A DNA stretch of 40,115 bases. Source: Candidatus Brocadiia bacterium. Lineage in GTDB: Bacteria; Planctomycetota; Brocadiia; SM23-32. Position 1 is the stretch's first letter, and each line of letters starts with the position of its first letter. The notes beneath the pieces were generated by a model, which saw only the letters and a list, made by a program, of their open reading frames with translations, had not been told where the DNA came from and searched no databases. Positions 28,242-38,364 of this stretch are shown one piece after another. The stretch covers positions 1 to 40,115 of the forward strand of contig JBKHIT010000045.1 of assembly GCA_046538485.1 (NCBI GenBank), read 5' to 3'. The position numbers and the translations under genes are program-made.

Positions 28242-30134
28242 GTGTCTGGCGAAATGAATGAAAAAAACAGCGAACAACAACCCGAGACCCCGGAAGAGTC
28301 CGAAAGGGAAGTCGGCCGTGTCCGACGTGTATCAGGCCCTCTGGTTGTGGCCGAAGGCCTGGCGGGCGCGGAAATGCACGAGATGGTCCGCGTCGGGGAA
28401 GATCAACTCTTCGGGGAAGTGATTGAAATACGCCGGGATGCTTACTCGATTCAGGTCTATGAAGAGACCGAGGGGATCGGCCCCGGGGCGCCCGTTCATC
28501 CGACGGGTGACCCCTTGAGCGTGGAACTCGGTCCCGGGCTCATAAGCGCCGTTTACGACGGCGTGCAGAGACCACTGGATATTCTCGAAGAACAGTGGGG
28601 CGCTTACATCGTCCGCGGAGCTCAGGTCGATCCGCTCGACCGGGAGAAATTGTGGACCTTCGAGCCGTCCCTCGAATCCGGAGAACAGGTTGAAACCGGG
28701 GACGTTCTTGGCGTTGTCCAGGAAACAGCTGTTGTGGAACACCGTATTATGGTTCCGCCCGGTGCCTCTGGGGAACTGGTATCGATCGAAGAAGGTGAAC
28801 ATACAATCACTGATACGATTGCGGTCATCGCCGGTGAGGACGGCGAGACGGAAGTGACAATGTCCCAAAGATGGCCGGTCCGAGAAGCGCGGGGTGTTCA
28901 GCGAAAACTCGCGCCAGAAACGATGCTTCTGACCGGACAACGTGTCATCGATATGTTTTTCCCACTGGCCAAAGGCGGAACCGCCTGCATCCCCGGACCG
29001 TTCGGGAGTGGCAAGACCGTCATCCAGCACCAGCTCTCCAAGTGGGCCGATGCCGAAATTATTGTCTACGTGGGCTGCGGAGAACGCGGGAACGAGATGA
29101 CCGACGTGCTGATGGAATTCCCGGAGTTGACGGATCCCCGCACGGGTGAACCGCTTATGAAACGCACAGTTCTGGTCGCCAATACCTCAAATATGCCTGT
29201 GGCGGCGCGGGACGCGTCGGTCTTCACCGGAATTACCATTGCTGAATATTTCCGCGATATGGGGTATTCCGTCGCGCTCATGGCCGATTCGACCTCACGA
29301 TGGGCCGAGGCAATGCGTGAGATTTCGGGGCGGCTGGAAGAGATGCCCGGCGAAGAAGGTTACCCGCCGTATCTGGCCAGCGAAATAGCGAACTTCTACG
29401 AACGAGCGGGTCGAGCGGTTTGTTATGGACAGGACGGCCGCGAGGGGTCTCTCAGCCTGATCGGCGCGGTGTCCCCGCCCGGCGGCGATCTGAGTGATCC
29501 AGTGGTCCAGGCGACCCTGCGGGTGGTGCAGGTTTTCTGGAGTCTGGAAGACGATCTGGCCTCGGCGCGGCATTTCCCGGCTATTTCCTGGCTGCGTAGT
29601 TATTCGCTTTACCAGGATGCGATCGACGACTGGGCTGATGAAAAGGTGCACGAAGATTGGTCGAAGAACCGTGGCCGGGCGATGGCGATTTTGCAGAAAG
29701 AATCCGAGCTCGAAGAACTTGTCCGCCTGGTCGGGATGGAATCGCTTTCCGGAAAAGATCGGCTTCTCATGGAAGTCGCCCGAATGATTCGGGAAGATTT
29801 CCTCCACCAGAACGCTTTCGATGAGATCGACACCTATACGGCTCTGGAAAAACAGTATCGGCTTCTGAATATCATCCTGCACTACGATGAACAGGCGCGT
29901 GATGTGCTGGAAGCGGGCGTGCAACTGGAGGACATTCTGGGTGTCGAGGTTGTGGAGGATATTGCACGGGCCAAATTCATCCCCGAGGAAGAGATGGAAC
30001 AGTTCGATGAAATAGACGACAAGATCGAAGAACAACTCAAAGCCCTTCGCGGCGGAGAGGATCAAATGACGCAGAGCACTCGAACTGAATCACAGACAGA
30101 ACAAACTGAAACCGAGGAGGCCGCCAGTGGCTAA
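28242..30134 (+). CDS. atpA: V/A-type ATPase catalytic subunit A
   Basis: [31 protein letters not shown]. Confidence 0.98.
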   Translation: MSGEMNEKNSEQQPETPEESEREVGRVRRVSGPLVVAEGLAGAEMHEMVRVGEDQLFGEVIEIRRDAYSIQVYEETEGIGPGAPVHPTGDPLSVELGPGLISAVYDGVQRPLDILEEQWGAYIVRGAQVDPLDREKLWTFEPSLESGEQVETGDVLGVVQETAVVEHRIMVPPGASGELVSIEEGEHTITDTIAVIAGEDGETEVTMSQRWPVREARGVQRKLAPETMLLTGQRVIDMFFPLAKGGTACIPGPFGSGKTVIQHQLSKWADAEIIVYVGCGERGNEMTDVLMEFPELTDPRTGEPLMKRTVLVANTSNMPVAARDASVFTGITIAEYFRDMGYSVALMADSTSRWAEAMREISGRLEEMPGEEGYPPYLASEIANFYERAGRAVCYGQDGREGSLSLIGAVSPPGGDLSDPVVQATLRVVQVFWSLEDDLASARHFPAISWLRSYSLYQDAIDDWADEKVHEDWSKNRGRAMAILQKESELEELVRLVGMESLSGKDRLLMEVARMIREDFLHQNAFDEIDTYTALEKQYRLLNIILHYDEQARDVLEAGVQLEDILGVEVVEDIARAKFIPEEEMEQFDEIDDKIEEQLKALRGGEDQMTQSTRTESQTEQTETEEAASG

Positions 30135-31566
30135 GCAATATCTGACAGTTCGCGAAATTGCCGGGCCGCTGATGCTCGTCGATGAAGTGGAAGATGTCGC
30201 CTATGGAGAACTCGCCGAAGTGGAGCTCACCGACGGCACAATGCGTCGGGCCCGCGTCCTTGATATCGACGAGGACCGTGCGCTTGTGCAGGTGTTTGAA
30301 GGTACACAGGGGATTCCGACCGAAAAGACGAAAGTCAAGTTCCTGGGGCGAGGGCAGGAGATCGGTGTCTCTCCCGATATGCTCGGTCGTGTTTTCGATG
30401 GCGGAGGCCGTCCTATCGATGACGGACCGGAAATTATTCCGGACAAACGGCTCAACATCAACGGAAATCCTCTCAATCCATACGCCAGAGATTATCCAAA
30501 CGAGTTCATCCAGACGGGCATCAGCACGATCGACGGGTTGAATCCACTTGTGCGCGGACAGAAACTGCCCATTTTCTCGGGCACAGGTTTGCCGCACGCG
30601 CGTCTGGCCGCTCAAATCGCCCGGCAGGCGTCGGTACTCGGCACCGAGGAAGATTTCGCGGTTATATTTGCGGCCATGGGAATCACATTTGAAGAGGCCA
30701 ATTTCTTCACGCGCGATTTCCAGGAGACCGGCGCGATTGAACGGACCGTTCTGTTTATTAATCTGGCCGATGACCCGCCGGTTGAGCGTATCGCCGTGCC
30801 GCGATTGGCTCTGACCGTGGCCGAGTATCTCGCGTTTGAAAAGGAGATGCACATCCTCGTAATCTTGACCGATATGACAAATTACTGCGAGGCCGTGCGC
30901 GAAATCTCCGCCGCCCGTAAAGAGATTCCCGGACGGCGCGGATACCCGGGTTATATGTACACGGACCTTGCCGAAATCTACGAACGGGCCGGGCGGGTCC
31001 GGGGCAAGACCGGGTCCATCACGCAGTTCCCTATCCTTACGATGCCCGAAGACGATAAAACGCACCCGATCCCGGACCTGACTGGATATATCACGGAAGG
31101 TCAGATCATCCTTGACCGGTCGCTGAACGGAGAAGGCGTTTACCCGCCGGTTGACGTGCTTCCGTCGCTGTCACGTCTGAAGGACAAAGGTATCGGCGAA
31201 GGCAAAACGCGCGAGGACCACGCCGATGTGATGAACCAGCTCTACGCCGCTTACAGCCGCGGTAAAGACGCCCAGGAACTGGCGATGGTGCTCGGGGAAA
31301 TGGCTCTCAGCGAGATGGATCTGCGGTTTGTCCGATTCGCGGAAGCTTTCGAGGAAGAGTTCATCCAGCAAGGCGAGAATGAGAATCGGACGGTGGAAGA
31401 GACGCTCGATATCGGCTGGCGGCTGATGGGATTGCTCCCGAAATCTCAGCTCAAACGTGTGCACGATGAATACATCGAAGAACGTTACGAAAACCGTACC
31501 GGCGAGAGCGGCGAGGAGATCCAAAAGGACGATACCGGTGAGAAAGATGAAAACGCTGGGTCCTGA
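30127..31566 (+). CDS. atpB: V/A-type ATPase subunit B
   Basis: [38 protein letters not shown]. Confidence 0.98.
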   Translation: MAKQYLTVREIAGPLMLVDEVEDVAYGELAEVELTDGTMRRARVLDIDEDRALVQVFEGTQGIPTEKTKVKFLGRGQEIGVSPDMLGRVFDGGGRPIDDGPEIIPDKRLNINGNPLNPYARDYPNEFIQTGISTIDGLNPLVRGQKLPIFSGTGLPHARLAAQIARQASVLGTEEDFAVIFAAMGITFEEANFFTRDFQETGAIERTVLFINLADDPPVERIAVPRLALTVAEYLAFEKEMHILVILTDMTNYCEAVREISAARKEIPGRRGYPGYMYTDLAEIYERAGRVRGKTGSITQFPILTMPEDDKTHPIPDLTGYITEGQIILDRSLNGEGVYPPVDVLPSLSRLKDKGIGEGKTREDHADVMNQLYAAYSRGKDAQELAMVLGEMALSEMDLRFVRFAEAFEEEFIQQGENENRTVEETLDIGWRLMGLLPKSQLKRVHDEYIEERYENRTGESGEEIQKDDTGEKDENAGS

Positions 31567-31599
31567 CCCTTCTTTCAGTCTCAAAAATGATCTAAGACA

Positions 31600-32271
31600 A
31601 TGGCAAAACGCCTCCAGGTAAATCCGACGCGAATGGAGCTGATGGAGCTCCGCCACCGGCTTCAGACGGCCGTCCACGGGCACAGCCTGCTCGAGGATAA
31701 ACTTGAAGGGCTGATGGCAGAATTGATGGAGCTGGTTGACCGATACAAGAAGAAACGGCGCGAGTTTAACGAGGATTACCCGGCTGTGGCGCGACTGTTC
31801 CTGCTGGCGGGTGTGGCGGGTTCTTCGGACGCCGTTGATGATGCCATCACGCAGAGCAGCGGCACGCTGGAACTGACCACGACGATGCGGAACGTGCTGA
31901 GCGTGCGAGTGCCGCAGTTTAAGAGTGAGGTGCGTGCCGGAGGCGGATACAGTCTGCTGGAGACGCCGCTCGAGCTGGACGAGGCGACGCAGCAACTGAA
32001 AGATTTCCTGCCGCGTCTCCTGGAGCTGGCTGAGGACGAACACGCATTGTGGTTGCTGATGGACGAGATCCAAAGAACCCGCCGTCGCGTGAATGCGCTG
32101 GATTACATCATGATCCCTCAACTGCGCGAGACCGTGAAATACGTCCAGTCCAGACTCGAGGAAAACGAGCGCGCCAACATCGTGCGGCTGATGAAAATCA
32201 AAGAGATGCGTCTTGAGGAAGAACGCGAGAAGATGATGAGCGAACGCGGCGAAGAGGCGGAGCAGTCCTGA
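31600..32271 (+). CDS. atpD: V/A-type ATPase subunit D
   Basis: VNPTRMEL, GH.LL.DK, TRRRVNALDY..IP. Confidence 0.97.
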   Translation: MAKRLQVNPTRMELMELRHRLQTAVHGHSLLEDKLEGLMAELMELVDRYKKKRREFNEDYPAVARLFLLAGVAGSSDAVDDAITQSSGTLELTTTMRNVLSVRVPQFKSEVRAGGGYSLLETPLELDEATQQLKDFLPRLLELAEDEHALWLLMDEIQRTRRRVNALDYIMIPQLRETVKYVQSRLEENERANIVRLMKIKEMRLEEEREKMMSERGEEAEQS

Positions 32272-32499
32272 GATGAGGTCGCGTTTCCTTTTGCATGTAG
32301 CACGGTCTCTCCAGCCTGTGGGCCGGGTCGCCAGACCCGGATTGATGTTTGGGCAAAATGAAAGCGGTGCTCCGTTCGGCGCCGCCGAACTCCTCACCAC
32401 ACTCCGAGAGCGCTCCGCGCAGGCGTCTCTTAAGTATTCCGATTCTTGAAAATCAGCCCTGCGTCTTGCCCTCACTCTGGAGTGTGCCAGAGAGCTGCA

Positions 32500-32850
32500 G
32501 GTCCGCAGGGCCGATTCAGACGTAGCCCGGGCGATCCCGGGCCGTTTGGGGGGGAGCCCGGGGTTAGCGGTTTCGAGGGACGTGCCGGCGGAGCGCGCGA
32601 ACTATGTTCGCCGCGGCAAGCTTGCCGCGTTCGCCTCCGGCGAGGCGATCCGCCTCCTTCGGCTGCTTCCGAATGGTAACCCGGGGCTCGTTCGGCCAAA
32701 CAACGGCCTCATTTCGCCCCGGGCGTCTGCCACGCCCGCTCCGCGGGCTTACCGACAGCACCAACGCTAAACGGATACGTTGGCGCGCGGGACACCACAC
32801 GGGCCGGTGCCGTCACCATTCCTGGTTTGCCGGGAGATCTGTCGGCTGAT
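32500..32850. repeat. Composite repeat: two REP/MITE-like units in opposite orientation (32500-32590 +, 32641-32750 -) plus a second module (32779-32848)
   Basis: Piecewise homology to 3443-3546 and 3801-3870; central palindrome GCGGCAAGCTTGCCGC. Confidence 0.85.
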
Positions 32851-32855
32851 GAGCC

Positions 32856-32935
32856 GCGTTCTGAACTCCAGTCCCGCGGGAGCGGTTCTGAAGTCCAGTC
32901 CGCTCATATGTCACGCAAGTGTGGACGGGATCTGG
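32856..32935. repeat. Dispersed repeat with internal CTGAA(C/G)TCCAG direct repeats; direct copy at ~37720-37800
   Basis: GCGTTCTGAACTCCAG...TCTGAAGTCCAGTCCGCTCAT...GGACGGGATC shared between the two loci. Confidence 0.8.
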
Positions 32936-33043
32936 GGGCGGCGACCCCGGCATCGCCTTTTGAAAACAGGTCGCCTCAACATCACATCAGAGGTTTTGCG
33001 CCCTCTATCCCCTCCCTGCAAATTTAAACTGAGCTGGGGGGCG

Positions 33044-34957
33044 CTATTCAATCATGTTCAAACGGCCGCCGGCGGTGACGATTTTTCTTTCGCGTTCGCT
33101 CAAATCGCACAGCACTTCGAAGGATGTTTCGCCGGTGATGTTTTCCACCGCCAATTTGCCTTCCTCAAGCCCCGCCCGCAGGTCTATGATCGCCAGTATG
33201 TCGTTTTGGCGCAGCTCGTCGTAATCACCCGGGTTGGCGAAAGTCAGGGGGAGGATGCCGAAATTGATGAGGTTGGAACGATGGATCCGCGCAAAACTTT
33301 TTGCGATCACCGCGATCACCCCGAGATGCATCGGCGCCAGCGCAGCGTGCTCGCGACTGGAACCCTGTCCATAATTTTCTCCCCCGACGATGAACCCGCC
33401 GCCGCGTTCGCGGGCTCGACCGGGGAATTCCGGGTCGACGCTTTCAAAAACATGCTCGCTGATGGCGGGAATGTTGGAACGTAGCGGCAGAATTTTGCTG
33501 CCGGCGGGCATGATGTGATCTGTGGTGATGTTATCGCCGACCTTCAATAGCACGCTCGCCTCAAGCATCTCCGGCATCGGCTGACGTTTGGGTATCGGTT
33601 TGATGTTCGGGCCACGTTTCACCTCGATGTCGGAACCATCTTCCGGCGGATAAATGATGAGACTTTCGCCGCCCGGGTATTGGTCCGGTTCTTCGACCTC
33701 CGGCGGATCGCCAAGAGTTCTGGGGTCGGTGATTTCGCCGTGCAGCGCCGCGGCGACGGCTGTCTCCGGGCTGCAGAGGTGGCACCGGGCGTTCTGCGTG
33801 CCGGTGCGTCCCTCGAAATTTCTGTTGAATGTTCGCAGCGTTACGGCATCGGTGCCCGGAGACTGTCCCATGCCGATGCAGGGGCCGCAGGCGGCCTCAA
33901 GGATCCGTGCCCCGGCTTCAACCATCGCCCCGAGCACGCTGCGTTCGGTGATTATCTCCAAAACCTGCTGAGATCCCGGCGAGATTGTCAGACTGACCTC
34001 AGGATGGACCGATCTCCCTTCCAGAACTTGTCCGACCGTGCTGAGATCGCGCAACGATGAGTTGGTGCAGCTACCGATACAGACCTGGTCGACGTGTTTC
34101 CCTTCGAGCTCTTTGACGGTTACCACATTGTCGGGGTTGTGGGGGAGGGCGACGAGCGGTTCGACCGTGGACAGGTCGATCTCGATGGTCTCATCGTATT
34201 CCGCGTCCGGATCGGGTTTCTGGGCGGTGAAGGATTCTTCGCGCTGCTGGCGACGAAGCCAGTCGCGGGTGTGTTCGTCGGAAGGGAATACGCTCGTGGT
34301 CAGGCCGAGTTCGGTGCCCATGTTGGTGATCGTGGCCCGGGCGGGGACGTCCAGTGTTTTCAATCCGGGTCCCGTGTATTCGAAGACCTTCCCGACTCCG
34401 CTCTTGACGCTCAACCGACGCAGAAGCTCAAGAATGACATCTTTGGCACTGACCCACGGCTGGAGTTTTCCGGTGAGACGGATGCGGACGACTTCCGGTC
34501 CGGTGAGCCGGAAGGGCAGACTCGCCATGGCGCAGGCGACATCTTGCCCGCCGACGCCGATGGCGATCATTCCGAGCGCTCCGCCGGTGGGTGTGTGGCT
34601 ATCGCTGCCCAGAAGTGTTTTGCCGGGGACGCCGAACCGTTCGAGGTGGACCTGGTGGCAGATACCGTTTCCCGGTCGGCTGAAGACGATTCCGTAACGG
34701 CCGGCGACGCTCTGGAGGTACCGATGGTCGTCAGCGTTTTCAAATCCGCTCTGCAATGTATTGTGATCGACGTAACTGACGGACAGGCCGGTTTTTACGC
34801 GGTCGACGCCCATAGCTTCGAATTGCAGGTAGGCGGCGGTCCCGGTGGCGTCCTGGGTGAGTGTTTGGTCGATGCGGATGCCAAATTCTTCGCCGGGGGC
34901 GGGTGTGCCCTCAACGCAATGGTCTTTCAAGATTTTGTAGGTCAGGTTGTCGCTCAT
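33044..34957 (-). CDS. Aconitate hydratase (fused ~640 aa type)
   Basis: DQTLTQDATGT, NGICHQVH, GSDSHT, IGSCTNSS, CGPCIG, RTFNRNFEGR, ITTDHI, NYGQGSSREHA; ATG at 34957 overlaps the upstream stop (ATGA). Confidence 0.95.
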   Translation of the reverse strand: MSDNLTYKILKDHCVEGTPAPGEEFGIRIDQTLTQDATGTAAYLQFEAMGVDRVKTGLSVSYVDHNTLQSGFENADDHRYLQSVAGRYGIVFSRPGNGICHQVHLERFGVPGKTLLGSDSHTPTGGALGMIAIGVGGQDVACAMASLPFRLTGPEVVRIRLTGKLQPWVSAKDVILELLRRLSVKSGVGKVFEYTGPGLKTLDVPARATITNMGTELGLTTSVFPSDEHTRDWLRRQQREESFTAQKPDPDAEYDETIEIDLSTVEPLVALPHNPDNVVTVKELEGKHVDQVCIGSCTNSSLRDLSTVGQVLEGRSVHPEVSLTISPGSQQVLEIITERSVLGAMVEAGARILEAACGPCIGMGQSPGTDAVTLRTFNRNFEGRTGTQNARCHLCSPETAVAAALHGEITDPRTLGDPPEVEEPDQYPGGESLIIYPPEDGSDIEVKRGPNIKPIPKRQPMPEMLEASVLLKVGDNITTDHIMPAGSKILPLRSNIPAISEHVFESVDPEFPGRARERGGGFIVGGENYGQGSSREHAALAPMHLGVIAVIAKSFARIHRSNLINFGILPLTFANPGDYDELRQNDILAIIDLRAGLEEGKLAVENITGETSFEVLCDLSERERKIVTAGGRLNMIE

Positions 34958-35541
34958 TGTTCCTCGTCGGTGTCTTCTATCCAGGCTTTTGAGAATCCAT
35001 GTTCGGCGAGACATTCCCCGGCGGAAAAATAGTGGCCGCCGGCGTAGATCAACATGTCGAGTTTACAGGGATCGGGCGAGCCATCTTCGGCCAGACACGA
35101 TTCATCGACGTGTTCGGCAATGACGTGTCCGAGGAAGAGTTGATGGTCGCCGACTTCTTGCTCGTCCAGAACGCGGCATTCAACGCTCACGGGACATTCT
35201 TTGATGATGGGTGGGCGGATTTTGTCGGCGGGGAAGGGGGTCAGGTCGAACCGTTCGAACTTATTGCATTCGGACCCGCTGACGCATCCGATACCGTCGA
35301 CTTGTTCGATGATATCGGTGGTCGGGAGGTTGACAGCGAATTCGGGCGTGCGGCAGATGAGATCGTAGGAGTAGGTCACTTTGCGGATGGCGATTCCCAC
35401 GATGGGAGGACGGGCGATGCTGATGTTGAAACATTCGCCGAGCGTTATGATATTCGGCGTGTCGTCTTCGCTAATGGTCGTGATGAGGGCGGCGGGGGAT
35501 GGGTAGACGGGTCGGTATGGCTCGATTTGCGTTTTGCTCAT
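34954..35541 (-). CDS. Flavin reductase family protein (flavoredoxin-like)
   Basis: YPSPAALIT, EFAVNLP, G.VSG..KF, P.IKECP..ECRV, GDH.LFLG.V. Confidence 0.9.
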   Translation of the reverse strand: MSKTQIEPYRPVYPSPAALITTISEDDTPNIITLGECFNISIARPPIVGIAIRKVTYSYDLICRTPEFAVNLPTTDIIEQVDGIGCVSGSECNKFERFDLTPFPADKIRPPIIKECPVSVECRVLDEQEVGDHQLFLGHVIAEHVDESCLAEDGSPDPCKLDMLIYAGGHYFSAGECLAEHGFSKAWIEDTDEEQ

Positions 35542-36073
35542 TTTGTCCTCCGTGGATGGGATCCGAATAGTGTCTATGATGAAATCCCAAGAATGCTGTC
35601 AGAGGCGGAAATTATGTGTCCAATTCCCCGAGGACCTCTGAATCCCTTGTCATGCCCTGATATACCGGTTGATAAGCGTTTGTCATATATTCGTTCGAGC
35701 ATGCGATATCTGGGATTTTAAGGCCAGATAGTGTATCCGTTTAAGGATGAGGCGTAAAGCACAAAGCGCTCGGGGGCGGAACAAATTCCCTTTTCACCGG
35801 TTGTAGGCGCTTTGTCCGTTGCAATGCGGTGGCGGCCATTGGGCGTAGTGTCTGGAGGGGAGGAGGCAGGCGGCGGCTCCAGGCAGAGGGGGGCGAAACA
35901 CCTGAATACCGACGCGGGCTCTGATTTTGTGAGGATCATGCCGTCCGGCCTGGTTCGCATGGGGAGACCCATCCCCTACCCATAAAGAGCTATCGGTGGG
36001 CTGGCCGCTGAGCGAATACTGCGCACGGGGACTCATTTCAAATGCAGTTTCGGGACCGCTGGGGCCAGCAATG

Positions 36074-36478
36074 TCAATTCACCCAGTTCTCCAGCGGCAG
36101 GTCGGGGACTCGCTCAAATTCCGACACGTTGTTGGTAACGAGGGTGGATCCGCTGGCCAATGCATGGGCGGCAATCAAAGTATCAAGAGAACCCATCGGA
36201 CTTCCCTCGCTTTCCAGATAGGAACGGAGGGGCCCATACTGGGCTGCGGCAGCACGACCATAGCTCAGTATTTCCAGCTCTGCCACGAAATGGATGAGTG
36301 CCACTTCGTTTTGCTGTGGTTTGCTGCTTTTGTTGACACCGAACTCAAGTTCGCTCAAGGTGATAGTCGAAATGCCGACATCCCCCCTGCCGAGGGTATT
36401 GAACCTTTCCAGGACCTCCCTCGGTTTTCGTTTGATCAGATAAATGCAGATGTTGGTGTCGAGCATATACCTGATCAC
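36074..36478 (-). CDS. vapC: VapC PIN-domain toxin
   Basis: YMLDTNICIY, ITLSELEFG, D.LIAAHA, LVTNN..EF.RV. Confidence 0.95.
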   Translation of the reverse strand: MIRYMLDTNICIYLIKRKPREVLERFNTLGRGDVGISTITLSELEFGVNKSSKPQQNEVALIHFVAELEILSYGRAAAAQYGPLRSYLESEGSPMGSLDTLIAAHALASGSTLVTNNVSEFERVPDLPLENWVN

Positions 36479-36711
36479 AGCTTTCCCCTTTCCTGCTGAG
36501 GTGGCTGTTCCCGTTCATCCATGAAATCGTCAGTAAAAAGACCAAGGGATTTTTGAAGATGTTCCCAGGGCTTGCCTTTCGGAATAAGAATCACCATTCC
36601 GTCGATTTTCTGAACGTAGACATCATCCCCCGGTTCCTGGGGAAGACGGTATTTTTTTGGCAAGCGAACGGCCTGACTTCGACCATTTTTGAACACACGT
36701 GCTGTGTCCAC
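36475..36711 (-). CDS. vapB: VapB antitoxin (AbrB/SpoVT fold)
   Basis: ARVFKNGRSQAVRLPK; GTG start with GAGGAG RBS; 4-nt overlap with vapC. Confidence 0.95.
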   Translation of the reverse strand: MDTARVFKNGRSQAVRLPKKYRLPQEPGDDVYVQKIDGMVILIPKGKPWEHLQKSLGLFTDDFMDEREQPPQQERGKL

Positions 36712-36739
36712 GGACGTCTCTCCTCACAAAAAGAGATTG

Positions 36740-36784
36740 TATCTATCATGATATATATATAGCTCAAATTGCTCCATTTTTCAA
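36740..36784 (-). promoter_or_regulatory. vapBC promoter with overlapping palindromic operator
   Basis: TTGAAA-17 nt-TATATA on the minus strand; palindrome TATCATGATA (36744-36753) extends imperfectly to 18 bp. Confidence 0.65.
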
Positions 36785-36874
36785 GATCAGGTTCCGTTGA
36801 AAGGCGGAGCCTGTTCGGTGTCCTGGGGATTGACACTGAGAGGCTTGAGCAGGGGATATAACAGGGGGGAGAGA

Positions 36875-36961
36875 TGGTGCCAGAGGTGGGATTCGAACCC
36901 ACAAGGGCTGATTGCCCACCGGTTTTTGAGACCGGCGCGTCTGCCTTTCCGCCACTCTGGC
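36875..36961 (-). tRNA. tRNA-Leu(CAA), 87 nt, CCA encoded
   Basis: Acceptor stem GCCAGAG/CTCTGGC; anticodon arm CCGGT-CTCAAAA-ACCGG; long variable arm; GGTTCGAATCC T arm. Confidence 0.97.
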
Positions 36962-36996
36962 ACCGCGGGAAACTGCCGCATAATGTGGAAATAAAC

Positions 36997-37025
36997 AATG
37001 TAGCCCAAAAGCTCGGTGAGGTCAA
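36997..37025 (-). promoter_or_regulatory. Putative sigma70 promoter of tRNA-Leu
   Basis: TTGACC-17 nt-TACATT. Confidence 0.6.
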
Positions 37026-37719
37026 GGTATGAGGGGTATGCAAGGAATTTGCGCTATGGGTCCCTGGGGGTGCTGGTAGCCGGAAATTTTCCGAAAATCG
37101 TGCTGCCTGTCCCCATCGCACCGAGCGCAAATTCCTCAAGTTTCCTTCGGAAAAGTCGTTAAAGGTTGTTGCAACACGAACCTAATGTCTGGTGTCAATG
37201 ATCCTGCAACCCCGTTTCTCGACCGCGTATGCCGCAGACTCGAGTTCAGCTGAGCCCGCCAGCGGCGGGCGAAACTGGACTTGAGGCGGACAAATCTTGC
37301 AGAAGTGCAAGGAAGGAAGGCCGGCCAACGAGAACACTTCGCTCCTCGCAGCCAGACCGTTGACAGGCAGGATGTACGTATTTATCCCGGAAATACCGCT
37401 TCACAAGTCATTGCGAGTCCATCGTAAGATGGGCGAAGCAATCTCGTTGTTTTTTCAGCCCAACAGCGAGATTGCCGCGGCGTGAGATAGATGGATCGAA
37501 TGGATTTGCGCATACATAATTCCAGAAACATCAAATGAGGGAAACATATCATGCGCAACAGGCGATTTCAGGTGCTTTTTGGGGCCGAAATCAAACAGGC
37601 CTCTCGGCCGCAGTATGCGGCCGTTCAGCCGAATAGCGCACTAAAACACCACGCAAAACTACCCATTGTTTGACATAAGGACGCCTACCTGCGACCTTCT
37701 CGTTGTATCGAATCGGCCC

Positions 37720-37800
37720 GCGTTCTGAACTCCAGCCTCCGCCCTTCGGTTTGCGTCTGAAGTCCAGTCCGCTCATGTGCCAGTGCCGGGGGACGGGATC
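37720..37800. repeat. Dispersed repeat, copy of 32856-32935
   Basis: GCGTTCTGAACTCCAG...CTGAAGTCCAGTCCGCTCAT...GGACGGGATC. Confidence 0.8.
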
Positions 37801-38147
37801 AAAGGGGGATAGGCGGCAAAAAGTTCTGGCCTCCGCCGGCCCTGTGCCGGCAATAAATAACGATGTTTCAACTCCCCTTTTAGCCCATACAGCGCTTTTA
37901 TCAGACGCCCTTGCAGGGCTTAGAAGGTTAATCAATCCAGCATCCACCGCCTTTGGAGCTGTGTTTTGAGGGGTGTCCTCCTGCTCTGGTTTTTCTTTCT
38001 GTGCATTGCTCCGCAAGGAAACCGATCTGTTTGGTCTCATCTCATACCGTTTATCAGATACTGCCATTTTTCTCTCGCAATTTCCGGACAGCGTATGCAA
38101 GCCTGTTTCGCATTTCGCACAGCAAAGGTTGAGCGCCCTGAAACGGT

Positions 38148-38297
38148 TACGTATAAGTAGTTTAGGCCTTTTAGCCCGTCTTTGTCGATCGCACTGTTTT
38201 TTTCTGGCGGTTCAATATATCACCTTAAATCTTCATTGTTTTATCCTTGACAGGGAATAGCCGGAGTGGTATATTTCCTGGGTGTAACGTATACGTA
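38148..38297 (+). promoter_or_regulatory. LacI-gene promoter with two palindromic operator-like sites
   Basis: TTGACA(38247)-17 nt-TATATT(38270) with an extended -10 TG; TACGTATAAGTA (38148-38159) and AACGTATACGTA (38286-38297). Confidence 0.7.
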
Positions 38298-38364
38298 GTC
38301 GTAAAAAGACGTCTCGCGGGTCCGGATGCGACGTTTTCTTTGTTCAACTCAGCGGGAAACAAAA

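Noticed and set aside
36875..36900. attL/attR duplication of the tRNA 3' end
   Set aside because: No second copy or integrase was seen in the window
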